A stretch of DNA of 64,000 nucleotides, from positions 1,674,001-1,738,000 of the forward strand of contig CM075988.1 of the NCBI GenBank assembly GCA_038087875.1, given 5' to 3'. This document shows, in pieces, positions 11,019-22,404 of the stretch (the first letter of the stretch is position 1; each line of letters opens with the position of its first letter). A model generated the notes under the pieces. It had not been told where the DNA came from, searched no databases, and worked only from the letters and a program-made list of their open reading frames with translations. A program made the position numbers and the translations under genes. The DNA is from Malacoraja senta. Lineage: Eukaryota.

Positions 11019-14000
11019 GGGTGAGCAGAGAAACAGAGGGGTGTAAAATGCGGGCGGAAGCAATAGGTAGCAAGGTGAAAAGTAAAAGTGGCAGGCAGAC
11101 AAATCCAGGGCAAAAATCAAAAAGAGCCACTTTTCAACATAATTGTATAAGGGGTAAGAGCGTTGTAAAAACAAGCCTGAAGGCTTTGTGTCTCAATGCA
11201 AGGAGCATTCGTAATAAGGTGGATGAGCTGAACGTGCAGATAGCAATTAATGATTATGATATAGTTGGGATCACGGAGACATGGCTCCAGGGTGACCAAG
11301 GCTGGGAGCTGAACATCCAGGGATATTCAATATTCAGGAGGGATAGAGAGAAAGGAAAAGGAGGTGGGGTAGCGTTGCTGGTTAGAGAGGAGATTAACGC
11401 AGTGGAAAGGAAGGACATTAGCTTGGAGGATGTGGAATCGGTATGGTTAGAGCTGCGAAACACTAAGGGGCAGAAAACGCTGGTGGGTGTTGTGTACAGG
11501 CCACCTAGCAGTAGTAGTGAAGTTGGGGATGGCATCAAACAGGAAATTAGAAATGCGTGCAACAAAGGCAAAACAGTTATAATGGGTGACTTCAATCTAC
11601 ATATAGATTGGGTGAATCAAATTGGCAGGGGTGCTGAGGAAGAGGATTTCTTGGAATGTATGAGGGATAGTTATCTAAACCAACATGTAGAGGAACCAAC
11701 GAGAGAGCAGGCTATTCTAGACTGGGTATTGAGTAATGAGGCAGGGTTAGTTAGCAGACTTGTTGTGCGTGCCCCCTTGGGCAAGAGTGACCATAATATG
11801 GTTGAGTTCTTCATTAGGATGGAGAGTGACATTGTTAATTCAGAAACAACGGTTCTGAACTTAAAGAAAGGTAACTTTGAGGGTATGAGACGTGAATTGG
11901 CCAAGATTGACTGGCAATTAGTTCTAAAAGGGTTGACGGTGGATATGCAATGGAAGGCATTTAAAGACTGCATGGATGAACTACAAAAATTGTTCATCCC
12001 AGTTTGGCAAAAGAATAAATCAGGGAAGGTAGTGCATCCGTGGATAACAGGGGAAATCAGGGATAGTATCAAAGCAAAAGATGATGCGTACAAATTAGCC
12101 AGAAAAAGCAGCATACCAGAGGACTGGGAGAAATTCAGAGACCAGCAGAGGAGGACAAAGGGCTTAATTAGGAAAGGGAAAATAGATTATGAAAGGAAAC
12201 TGGCAGGGAACATAAAAACTGACTGCAAAAGTTTTTATAGATATGTGAAGAGAAAGAGATTAGTTAAAACTAATGTAGGTCCCTTGCAGTCAGAAACAGG
12301 TGAATTGATCATGGGGAACAAGGATATGGCGGACCAATTGAATAACTACTTTGGTTCCGTCTTCACTAAGGAAGACATAAATAATCTGCCGGAAATAGCA
12401 GGGGGCCGCGGGTCAAAGGAGATGGAGGAACTGAGTGAAATCCAGGTTAGTCGGGAAGTGGTGTTGGGTAAATTGAATGGATTAACGGCCGATAAATCAC
12501 CAGGGCCAGATAGGCTGCATCCCAGAGTACTTAAGGAAGTAGCTCCAGAAATAGTGGATGCATTAGTGCTAATTTTTCAAAACTCTTTAGATTCTGGAGT
12601 AGTTCCTGAGGATTGGAGGGTAGCAAACGTAACCCCACTTTTTAAGAAGGGAGGGAGAGAGAAAACGGGGAATTACAGACCAGTTAGTCTAACATCGGTA
12701 GTGGGGAAACTGCTAGAGTCAGTTATTAAAGATGGGATAGCAGCACATTTGGAAAGTGGTGAAATCATTGGACAAAGTCAGCATGGATTTACGAAAGGTA
12801 AATCGTGTCTGACGAATCTTATAGAATTTTTCGAGGATGTAACTAGTAGAGTGGATAGGGGAGAACCAGTGGATGTGTTGTATCTGGACTTTCAGAAGGC
12901 TTTCGACAAGGTACCACATAAGAGATTAGGATACAAACTTAAATCACACGGTATTGGGGGTTCAGTATTGATGTGGATAGAGAACTGGCTGGCAAACAGG
13001 AAGCAAAGAGTAGGAGTAAACGGGTCCTTTTCACAATGGCAGGCAGTGACTAGTGGGGTACTGCAAGGCTCAGTGCTGGGACCCCAGCTATTTACAATTT
13101 ATATTAATGATCTGGACGAGGGAATTGAAAGCAACATCTCCAAGTTTGCGGATGACACTAAGCTGGGGGGCAGTGTTAGCTGTGAGGAGGATGCTAGGAG
13201 ACTGCAAGGTGACTTGGATAGGCTGGGTGAGTGGGCAAATGTTTGGCAGATGCAGTATAATGTGGATAAATGTGAGGTTATCCACTTTGGTGGCAAAAAC
13301 GGGAAGGCAGACTATTATCTAAATGGTGGCCGATTAGGAAATGGGGAGATGCAGCGAGACCTGGGTGTCATGGTACACCAGTCATTGAAAGTAGGCATGC
13401 AGGTGCAGCAGGTAGTGAAGAAAGCGAATGGTATGTTGGCCTTCATAGCAAGAGGATTTGAGTATAGGAGCAGGGAGGTTCTACTGCAGTTGTACAGGGT
13501 CTTGGTGAGACCACACCTGGAGTATTGCGTACAGTTTTGGTCTCCAAATCTGAGGAAGGACATTATAGCCATAGAGGGAGTGCAGAGAAGGTTCACCAGA
13601 CTGATTCCTGGGATGTCAGGACTTTCATATGAAGAAAGACTGGATAGACTTGGCTTATACTCGCTAGAATTTAGGAGATTGAGAGGGGATCTTATAGAAA
13701 CGTACAAAATTCTTATGGGGTTGGACAGGCTAAATGCAGGAAGATTGTTCCCGATGTTGGGGAAGTCCAGGACAAGGGGTCACAGCTTAAGGATAAGGGG
13801 GAAATCCTTTAAGACCGAGATGAGGAAAAAACTTTTTCACACAGAGAGTGGTGAATCTCTGGAACTCTCTGCCACAGAGGGTAGTTGAGGCCAGTTCATT
13901 GGCTATATTTAAGAGGGAGTTAGATGTGGCTAAGGGGATCAGGGGGTATGGAGAGAAGGCCGGTACGGGATACTGAGTTGGATGATCAGCCATGATCATA

Positions 14001-14075
14001 TTGAATGGCGGTGCAGGCTCGAAGGGCCGAATGGCCTACTCCTGCACCTATTTTCTATGTTTCTATGTTTCTATG
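11019..14075 (+). mobile_element. Young 5'-truncated CR1 LINE with essentially complete ORF2 and 3' UTR
   Basis: 955-aa ORF, 3' UTR stem region, (TTTCTATG)3 tail; possible TGTAAT duplication at 11013-11018 and 14074-14079. Confidence 0.95.
11021..13888 (+). CDS. CR1 ORF2: APE endonuclease plus reverse transcriptase
   Basis: NARS, ITETW, GDFN and SDH endonuclease motifs; KSPGPD, NYRPVSLTS, QGSVLGP and FADD RT motifs; frameshift near the C-terminus. Confidence 0.93.
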   Translation: MSRETEGCKMRAEAIGSKVKSKSGRQTNPGQKSKRATFQHNCIRGKSVVKTSLKALCLNARSIRNKVDELNVQIAINDYDIVGITETWLQGDQGWELNIQGYSIFRRDREKGKGGGVALLVREEINAVERKDISLEDVESVWLELRNTKGQKTLVGVVYRPPSSSSEVGDGIKQEIRNACNKGKTVIMGDFNLHIDWVNQIGRGAEEEDFLECMRDSYLNQHVEEPTREQAILDWVLSNEAGLVSRLVVRAPLGKSDHNMVEFFIRMESDIVNSETTVLNLKKGNFEGMRRELAKIDWQLVLKGLTVDMQWKAFKDCMDELQKLFIPVWQKNKSGKVVHPWITGEIRDSIKAKDDAYKLARKSSIPEDWEKFRDQQRRTKGLIRKGKIDYERKLAGNIKTDCKSFYRYVKRKRLVKTNVGPLQSETGELIMGNKDMADQLNNYFGSVFTKEDINNLPEIAGGRGSKEMEELSEIQVSREVVLGKLNGLTADKSPGPDRLHPRVLKEVAPEIVDALVLIFQNSLDSGVVPEDWRVANVTPLFKKGGREKTGNYRPVSLTSVVGKLLESVIKDGIAAHLESGEIIGQSQHGFTKGKSCLTNLIEFFEDVTSRVDRGEPVDVLYLDFQKAFDKVPHKRLGYKLKSHGIGGSVLMWIENWLANRKQRVGVNGSFSQWQAVTSGVLQGSVLGPQLFTIYINDLDEGIESNISKFADDTKLGGSVSCEEDARRLQGDLDRLGEWANVWQMQYNVDKCEVIHFGGKNGKADYYLNGGRLGNGEMQRDLGVMVHQSLKVGMQVQQVVKKANGMLAFIARGFEYRSREVLLQLYRVLVRPHLEYCVQFWSPNLRKDIIAIEGVQRRFTRLIPGMSGLSYEERLDRLGLYSLEFRRLRGDLIETYKILMGLDRLNAGRLFPMLGKSRTRGHSLRIRGKSFKTEMRKKLFHTESGESLELSATEGS

Positions 14076-14439
14076 TAATATGAATAAAAGCAAAATTTAA
14101 TTTACATTTTTAACCTTTCATCTAAAGATTTGTCAAAACACCCTCTGGGTCTCATTTCCATTGTCCCAACTTTGCTCATATTTCAACATTTTACTCATTT
14201 TATTTTTGCTCGCATTCATTCTAACAATGTATTAATGTTTTTCTAAAGATCTAGTACGTCTGAAATTCCAAACATCCAAAGTTCAGTGTTTTTCTTGCAC
14301 AAAAACGCATGCTTTTAATGATTAATATCCAAATACCAATGCAAAATAAATAGTCCAATTCCAACCTCTGGAGAATTCCTCTGGTCTGAAAAACAGCTAT
14401 TTGCCATTGTTCTGTGTTTTCTATTAGCCAACTGCCCCT

Positions 14440-14880
14440 TTATCCCCATGTATTGGTGTTGATTCTGTATTTCATGTTTACCAGCCTACAGATACTTTGT
14501 TTTGCGTGATGTCCAGGCAAATCATATCGTACTTGAGTGCAGAAGATAAGATAAATAGAGTGCAGAATAGTGTTACAGCTGCAAATATTACGCAGATAAA
14601 TACAATATTCCAAGGGTTGCAATGAAGTAGATCGGAAGATTGTGAAATCTATGCTGAATAAATGAGGTTCATTCAAAAGTAAGATAAGAGTGGTAAAGAA
14701 GCTGTTCTTGAATATGGTGGCGCGTGGTTTCAATCCTGGTACCTTCTGCCTGATGGGAGAGGAGAAGAGAAAGAATGACTGGGGTGCGAGTGCTCCTTAA
14801 TTATATTAGCTGCTTTCCAGAGACAGCGTGGAGTCTAGATGGAGTCAATGGAGTGGTAGGCGGGTTGCATCTACAACTCT
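14440..14880 (-). mobile_element. Degraded Rex1/L2-like LINE 3' fragment
   Basis: Similar to 18500-18950; FKNSFFTTLILLLN C-terminal remnant. Confidence 0.55.
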
Positions 14881-15252
14881 ATACTCAATACCCCGAGCAA
14901 TGAAAACAAGCATGTTGCAAGCCTTCTTTACCTGTCTATCTGCGCGAGTTACTGCTTTCAGGCAGCAATGGGCCTAATGTCATTAACGATCTCAGGCAGG
15001 AAAATTAGCTCCAGGCATCTGCTTATATAGATCTGGATACATATTTTTAAACTTCCATGTGCCTGTTTCATGCTGTTGCTGAAGTTCAAACCCAGCAACT
15101 GTGATTCAATATAGTTGGTAATCTCAATCCGTTAGTTTAACCAGAAGAGCTACAATGGAAATGGGTGGAATTTATCGTAATGGGCTTTAAAACAGTTACT
15201 ATGCCGCGCAGTCATACTCTTCTTGTTTTTCCTCCCATTCTCCAATCCTCAG

Positions 15253-15337
15253 GACCATCCAGACTTGGCTACTGGTGACCTGACTCTCAACGACATCATC
15301 AGCCGCATGAATGCTGGTCGGAGAGGCTCGCTGGCAG
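15253..15337 (+). CDS. NFRKB: NFRKB exon F: DHPDLATGDLTLNDIISRMNAGRRGSLA
   Basis: Matches DHPDLLTGDLTLNDIMTRVNAGRKGSLA; ctcag| and G|gtgggt; phase 0-1. Confidence 0.96.
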
Positions 15338-15396
15338 GTGGGTGCAAACGGCTATCTGTCTTGTTTTGCCACTATGGCATTGTTGTCAAACACCAT

Positions 15397-15703
15397 GGCA
15401 GTGTGTCACAGTGGGTTGCACACAGTAGAGTTGCCATAAAGTTGCTGCCTTACAGCGCCAGAGACCCAGGTTCGATCCTGACTGTAGGAGATGTCTGTAC
15501 AGAGTTTTACGTTCTCCCTGTGATTGCGTAAGTTTTCTTCGGTTTCCTCCCACACTTCAAAGATGTGCCAGTTTGTAGGTTAATTGGCTTCTGCCAATTG
15601 TCCCTAGTGTGTGGGACAGTGCTAGTGTATGAGGTGGGCACAGACTCAGTGGGCCGAAGGGCCTGTTTCCATGCTGTATCTCTTACAAGTAAAGTCTAAA
15701 GAC
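15397..15703 (+). mobile_element. tRNA-derived SINE (HE1/V-SINE-like)
   Basis: B-box GGTTCGATCC, conserved core, CR1-like tail GGGCCGAAGGGCCTGTTTCC. Confidence 0.8.
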
Positions 15704-15965
15704 TATATTGTGTATATAAGCCGGCATATGAGACAAAAATTGGCGTGGTTGTAGTTAATGGAAAAGTTGTCAAAGTGTATAGTGAGATATAGATCAACTA
15801 GAAAATTGGGCAGGGGCTATCTGAAGTTAGAGAAGTCAATGTTCAAGAAGTGAATTATAAATAGAGATTGGATAAACTGGGTTTATTCTCACTGGAATGT
15901 TGGAGACTGATGGGTGTCTTTAAAGGGGTTGATAAAACTATGGGCATAGATAGGATAGATGGTAG

Positions 15966-16182
15966 TGTAGTGCATGGGTCTCAAAAGGAAGCACGAAGTC
16001 CAGTGTTTTGAGAGGCACCTTTAATTATGTTCCTCCCGGTTGTAGGGAAGACCAAACAAGAGAAAGATGGCACCCAAACCCCTGCCTTTAAACCCTCTGG
16101 CTAAGGGCCGCCTCCGGACTGAACCACTCCCGTGCCGAGGGGTTCGACAGGTATGATGGCACGACCCTTGGGAGCCGCCACA
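15966..16182 (-). mobile_element. 217-bp solo LTR (Gypsy-like) inside a degraded CR1
   Basis: TGT...ACA termini; GTAG duplicated at 15962-15965 and 16183-16186; TTTAAA and ATTAAA motifs on the minus strand. Confidence 0.7.
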
Positions 16183-16428
16183 GTAGAAGTCTTTTTCCCA
16201 GGACAGCGGAGTTTAGAGCCAGAGGGCACAGGTTTAATGTGAGAGGAGTATGTTTTTCATACAGAGGGTGGTAGTTATGTGGAACAAGTTGCTGGAGGCA
16301 AATACAATGTATAAAAGGCATTTGTACATCGAGTAGTAAAGGTTTAAAGGGACGCAGACCTAAAGCGGGCAAATATGATTAGTGTAGAAAGGCATCCTGG
16401 TCGGCATGGCTGACGTGGGCCAATAGTG

Positions 16429-17469
16429 TAGGTATGTTACAAAACTTACCTTCAGTCGCGCTGTAATTCTGCCACTGGCCGTGTGCGCGATTTTGGCGCC
16501 TTTAAGGGGGGGCGGGGTTAAAACGCGGGTTTCTCCTCCCTTGTCCTGGTTAATATTTTGTTGGAGTACAAGCGTTGGCTGAAGAATCGTTCCTAGTGGC
16601 CTTTTGTGTATTTTTTATTTTTATTAAATCGTCAATGTCAGCGCTAGAGTAATTTTAAAATCAGCTCCTGAAACGTCAACGCCGATAACGGGGACGGATT
16701 TCACGCACGGGACAGGTAAACGAAAGTGGTTTCTTTAAATGTATAAAAGTGCTTCTTAAGAAGCCTTTAATTCACATTTTTTCATGCGACACGGTGATTT
16801 TATTCCCCGAACTAACGGCAGTATTTTTCATGCCGATACGGGGTTAAATTCACCGCAAATCAACGTTCCAAAAGATCGTGTTCCAGAAATCCTCACTCAC
16901 AAGATGATTTAAATGCCCATTAATTTACAGGTATTAAACATTCAATTCCTTCCATTTGGCCTGTAAATTCATGAAAATGAGATTTAAAAATTATGTTATA
17001 TTGTGAATTATTGTGTGAATGTTATTTGGACACTTAGGCTATTTAAAAATGTTAATCTATTCTTAAGAAATTGATAGATGTTTAGACCTAGTAATTGAAT
17101 TTTGTAATTAGCTACAATTAGGTAACTAACTAATTATATGCTTTACTTTCATGTCTTCTAAGTAAGATTGTTTCATATTTGTTTCAGAATGCTTCAATCT
17201 ATAATAACTGAAAGTTTCTTTCAGTTATCTTAATTTTTAAGAAAGTTTTGGGCTTTTAACTGTCCTCGATCACAGCTTTTGTGTTAAGTCAATGGAAAAG
17301 CAATAGGGAACAAGATGCTAATTTCCGAGTATGAAAATGGCCATAACTTCTTTAATACTGAAGATATGAAAGTGAATTAGGTGTCAAATTAAACTTCTTT
17401 TTATGCTTTATCTGATGGGATAAATTGCAGACTTTATTTTTAAAATCTCTAAATTTTGTAACATTGCTA
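16429..17469. mobile_element. Non-autonomous TIR DNA transposon (MITE), 1041 bp
   Basis: TIRs TAGGTATGTTACAAAA and TAGCAATGTTACAAAA (reverse complement); AATAGTG at 16422-16428 and 17470-17476. Confidence 0.85.
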
Positions 17470-18499
17470 AATAGTGCGCACTTCTGTACTCTATGAGTCC
17501 ATGATAAAATGTCCCTCCACCGCACCTTTTTGCATACATTTAAAGTTGTGGACAAAACATTCCAGCCAATGTTTAGTGAAGGATTTGGGCTTTAAAGTGA
17601 ACAATAAAGGATGTAACAAGACACAGATTTTTGGGAGGTAACTCCAGAGTTTGGGGCCAAGGTGCCTGAGACAATACTGAAGATGAAGATGGTGAGGAGC
17701 AACGTGACAATGGTGAGTGGGGCTGCCTGTCACGTAACATTTGTGTGGATTTAGGAATAAAGGGGTTGCGATGTTCCGGAGTTAGGGACAAGGACATGAA
17801 GGAATTTAAACACAATAATGAACATTTGAACAGATATTGGGAAATGAGCTGAGGTACAAAGACTGACAATGTAACACCATTGGAAGTGGTGCTTCTGTTA
17901 TGGAATGGATCAGGGTTCAGCACTGCTTGGGAATAAATACTGGGATTCATCTGGTCTGGACGTTGGATGTACTCTGAGAGCGTGGGAAAGTCATGGAAAT
18001 AAAGGATACATTTTAAATAAGAAAAAGCAGGGTCCAATTACATTGAGATACAGAAGGAAACAGGCCTTTCGGCCCACTGAGTCCGCACTGACCAGCAATT
18101 ACCCTGAAGGCAGGAGAATGAGGGAAAGATAGATCAACCACGATTAAATGGTGGAGGAGACTTGATGGGTTAAATAGTCTAATTCTGCTCTTAGCACTAT
18201 TGAACCCTGTACACTAGCACTATCCTACACACTAGGGACAATTTACAATTTTACCGACCCAATTAACTTACAAACCATGCTCATTATCACTACGTCTTTG
18301 TAGTGTGGGAGGAAACCAGAGCACTCAGAGAAAATTCATGCGGTCACGGGTAGAACATACAACAGACAGCACCCGTAGTTAGGATCGAACATGGAGCTTT
18401 GGAGCTGTAAGGCACTGTGTCAATATTGAAGGGGGTAGTGTAGGAGAGGTGGGATTATCTACATTTATCCCATTTCAGGTCAACTGCATAATACGATGT

Positions 18500-19775
18500 G
18501 CAGTTCAGTACACTTGAATTTATCGTCACATGTACCGAGGTACAGTGAAAAGCTTTTGTTGTGTGCAATCCAGTCAGCGGAAAGACAATACATGATTACA
18601 GTTGAGCGATTTACAGTGTAAGTGAATAACATTTAGTGCAAGGTAAAGCCAGCAAAGTCTGATCAAGGATAGTCTGAGGATCACCAATGAGGTAGATCAG
18701 AAATGCTCTGGTTGTGATAGGATGATTCAGTTGCCTGATAACAGTTGGGGAAAAAAATGTCCCTGAATCTGGAGGTGTGCATTTTCACACTTCTATACAT
18801 TTTCCCTGATGGGAGAGTGGGGAAGAGAGAGTGGCCAGGGTGGGACTGGTGTGTGATTATGCTGCTGGCCTTGCAGAGGCAGTGTGAGGTGTAGATGGAG
18901 TCAATGGAAGGGAAGTTGGTTTGTGTGATGGTCTGGGCTGCATCCACAATTCGCTGTAATTTCTTGTGGTCTTGGATGGAGCTGTTCCCAAACCAAGCGG
19001 TGATGCATCCCGATAAAATGCTTTCTGTGGCTCATCTATAGATGTTGGTGAGGGTTGTTGGGGACATGCCGAACTTCCTAAGCTTTCTAAGGAAGTAGAG
19101 GCGTTGGTGTGCTTTCTTGGTCATTGCTTCAGTATGGGTGATCCAGGAGAAGTTGTTGGTGATATTGACTCCTAGTAATTTGAAGTTTTCAACCGTCTCT
19201 ACTTTGGCGCCGTCAATGCAAACTGGGGTATGTGTACCGCTTCACTTCCTGAAGTCAATCACTATCTCTGAAGAAGGGTCTCGACCCGAAACGTCACCCA
19301 TTCCTTCTCTCCAGAGATGCTGCCTGTATCGCTGAGTTACTCCAGCTTTTTGTGGCTATCTTTGGTTTAAACCAGCATCTGCATTTCCTTCTTACACACT
19401 ATCTCCTTTGTCTTGCTGACATTGTTGTCTCCACACCAGGACATGAGGTTCTCGATCTCCTTCCTGTACTCCCATCTCATCATTTTGATATTCGGCCCAC
19501 TATGGTAGTGTTTCCGAATTTTCAAATTGAATTAGATTTGTAGATGGCTGCACAGTCGTGGGTGTACAAGGAATAAAGAAGGGGGTGAGAACGCAGCCTT
19601 GCGGAGCACCAGTGTTGAGGATTATCGTAGAGGATGATGTGTCCCCTCTCCTCACTGATAGGGATCTGTTGGTCAGGAAGTCGAGGATCTAGTCGCAGCG
19701 AAGACCGCTGACAGCAAGTCCCGTGAGTGAAGTGATATGTTTGGATGGTATAATGGTGTTAAAGGCAGACAGTAA
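18500..19775 (-). mobile_element. Rex1/Babar-type LINE 3' fragment, degraded
   Basis: [15 protein letters not shown] and HPGHSLF..LPSGK.YRS remnants homologous to the element at 29.4-33.0 kb. Confidence 0.8.
19268..19396 (+). mobile_element. ~130-bp Penelope-derived insertion with an intact minimal hammerhead core, 9-bp TSD
   Basis: CACTATCTC at 19260-19268 and 19397-19405; CTGAAGA-A-GGGTC-TC-GACCC-GAAA-CG-TC at 19268-19295. Confidence 0.85.
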
Positions 19776-19835
19776 TGATCTCACACAGCAGGAGCTGCCA
19801 TAATCTGAAGCTAATGCTTTGATCTTCACCCACAG

Positions 19836-20016
19836 CTTTATTAGATCTTCCATTCCCAAAGAAAAGGACGAAAGATAAAGAAGAGAGGAAGAAAAAGAAA
19901 ATGAAAGTGATAAAACTGGAGCCCGACGATTTGGCCGAGTCATCGGGAACAGAGGGACCGATGGCACCACCTCCAGAGCAGCAGGTGACACCCAAGTCGG
20001 TCACTACTCCTGAACC
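19836..20016 (+). CDS. NFRKB: NFRKB exon G, Lys-rich NLS-like: ALLDLPFPKKRTKDKEERKKKKMKVIKLEPDDLAE...TTPEP
   Basis: Corresponds to ALYDLAVLKKKVKEKEEKKKKKIKTIKSEAEDLAE; cacag| and CC|gtgagt; phase 1-2. Confidence 0.92.
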
Positions 20017-21980
20017 GTGAGTGGCTCTTGTGGACTCATGAAACTCCCACGACTGGTGCAGCTCCAAGTATGGTCCATATTAATGAATGCTACCTGGTTG
20101 ACACAACTGACTGCATGTAATGTGATTGACATTGAGATTATTCACCTTCCTCTCTCTTTCAGTTGTACACCTTATCATTCTTTAATTTGACATTAATATC
20201 ACGGAGTAATACAGCTCGGGAACAGGCCTTTTGGCGTAACACGTCCACGCCAACCAAGATGATTGAAGAGGGCAGGACATCTTTTGGCCCATATCCCTCT
20301 GAACATTTTCTATGCATGCACTATCCATCTGTCTGTTATACATTATAATTGTACCTGCCACCACCACTTCCGCAGGCAGCTCATTCCACATACCCACCGT
20401 TATCTGTGTTATAAAAAAGTTGCTCCCCAGGTTCCCTTTATATCTTTAACCTCGTAGGGAAAAAGAACTGTTTCCATTCACCCTATGGCTCTCCTGATTT
20501 TATACACCTACATGGCACCCCTCAGTCTCCAAACCCCCAAGCATAAAGCATACAATTTTTCCTTATAACTCAAGCATTCCAGATCTGGAAACATTGTAGT
20601 GAATTTTTTTGCATTTCTTCCAGCTCAATAATATCCTTCCTAAAGCGAGGTAAAATAACTACACACTAAATTCCAAGTCTACTCACTATTCCAACTCTGG
20701 TGCACAATGTCCTGACAGATGAAGACAAGCATGTCAACCCGAATCAGCACTTTCAGGGAACTCTACACATGTTACACTGGGTCTTGTGTAGGAAGGAACT
20801 GCAGATGCTGGTTTAAACCAAAGATAGACACAAAAAGCTCCAAAAACAACCTTCCCTTCCAACACTCAGACTCCGATGACCAAACCAGTTTTGTATCTAC
20901 TGGCTAACTCATCTGGGATCCTATGCGATCTAACCTTCTCGACCAGTCTACCATGGAGGGCAATGCCATAGGCCTTGCTAGAGTGCATCTATTGCCCTGC
21001 CCTCTTCAATCACCTTGGTCACTCTTCCAAAAACGCAATCAAATTCGCAAGATGCTGTTTTCCACGCGGAAAGCCCTGCTGCCTATCTTTATTCACTCCT
21101 TACCTTTACAAATACTGGTAGATCTTGTCTCCCAGGATCCTCTCCAGTAACCTTCCCACCTCTGATATTAGGCTCACCAGCCTGCAGTTCTCTGGCTTGC
21201 CCTTGCAACATTAGCCACCCTTCAGTCTTCCAGCACTATCCCCGTGGCTAACGATGAAACCATTTTCTCTGCCAGGAGCCCAGCAACTCCTTACCTAGTT
21301 TTCCCAAATTTGAATAAACTTGATCATTCCCGGGGAATTGATCTAGATTTATGTGCTTTAAGCACGCGGACACTTCTTATGTAAACGTGTTTATGTTTCA
21401 AGACATCACAATTCTCTTCCCCAGCTTCCATGACTTTCGCCAGAGGGAAAAAACGTAATGTTATCACGTCCAAATCCTGCATCATCACACGGACAACCAC
21501 ATTGATCTGTTTGCTCCCTGGTTACTCTTGTTCTTAATATATATAGAATCTCCTGGGATTCTCATTGACTTGATCTGGCAAACCTGTCTCGTGTCCTCTT
21601 TGTGGATCCCCTGATTTCCCACTTAAAGATATTCCTGCATCACTTCTATTCCCCAAGGGATTTGCTTGCTGCCTTTACCTTTTCCTTCACCGGAACCTCG
21701 GACACCCTCATCATGCCAGCCCTTCTCTTTGCACTAACAGGAACATGCTGGTTCTGAACTCTCCCCGTCTCACTTTTAGAGCATAGAAGAGTATAGCACA
21801 GAAACAGGCTCTTTGGCCAACAATGTCTGCGGAACATGTTGCCAAGTTAAACTAATCTCCTGTGCCTGCATGTGATCCATAAGCCTATCTAAAAGCCTCC
21901 TAAACACCACTATGTATCTGCCTTCACCACCACCCCTGGCAGCACATTACAGGCACCCATCACTCTCTTTGCATAAACAA

Positions 21981-22150
21981 ACTAGCAATTTGAGGGGTTT
22001 TTAAAGCCCACTGCTGAGGGAGGCACGGGAGTGCTGGAATCTTACGTTCGGGAATGGCTTGAGTTGGAGGACCACGCCTCTCGTGAAGGCTACGTTTAGG
22101 GAACGAGTGCGTTGGGGGAGCAGACCCAACGGGTCTGCACTTGGTCTAGT
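21981..22150 (+). mobile_element. Helitron 3' terminal fragment
   Basis: Hairpin GCAGACCC-AAC-GGGTCTGC (22120-22138), then 7 nt, then CTAG|T (22146-22150). Confidence 0.7.
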
Positions 22151-22404
22151 CTTTAAACTGCCCCTCTCACCTTAAACCTACGCCCTCAAGTGTTTGACAT
22201 TTCCACCCTGGGATAAAGGTACTGTCTGTCTACCTATGAAAAGCCTCTCACATCCCAATTACCTGCAAACATTCAATCTTTGTCACTTCTTGTCTAATAC
22301 CAAAATCAGCTCTGCACCACTTTAGCTCTTTACTTGCCGACCCGTTTAATATTTTTCCATAACTATTTTAAATTGGTCCCACAGTGCTCCCCCACTGACA
22401 CTTC

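Noticed and set aside
11254..13707. Antisense ORFs over CR1 ORF2
   Set aside because: Shadow ORFs that recur opposite every CR1 copy; no independent evidence.
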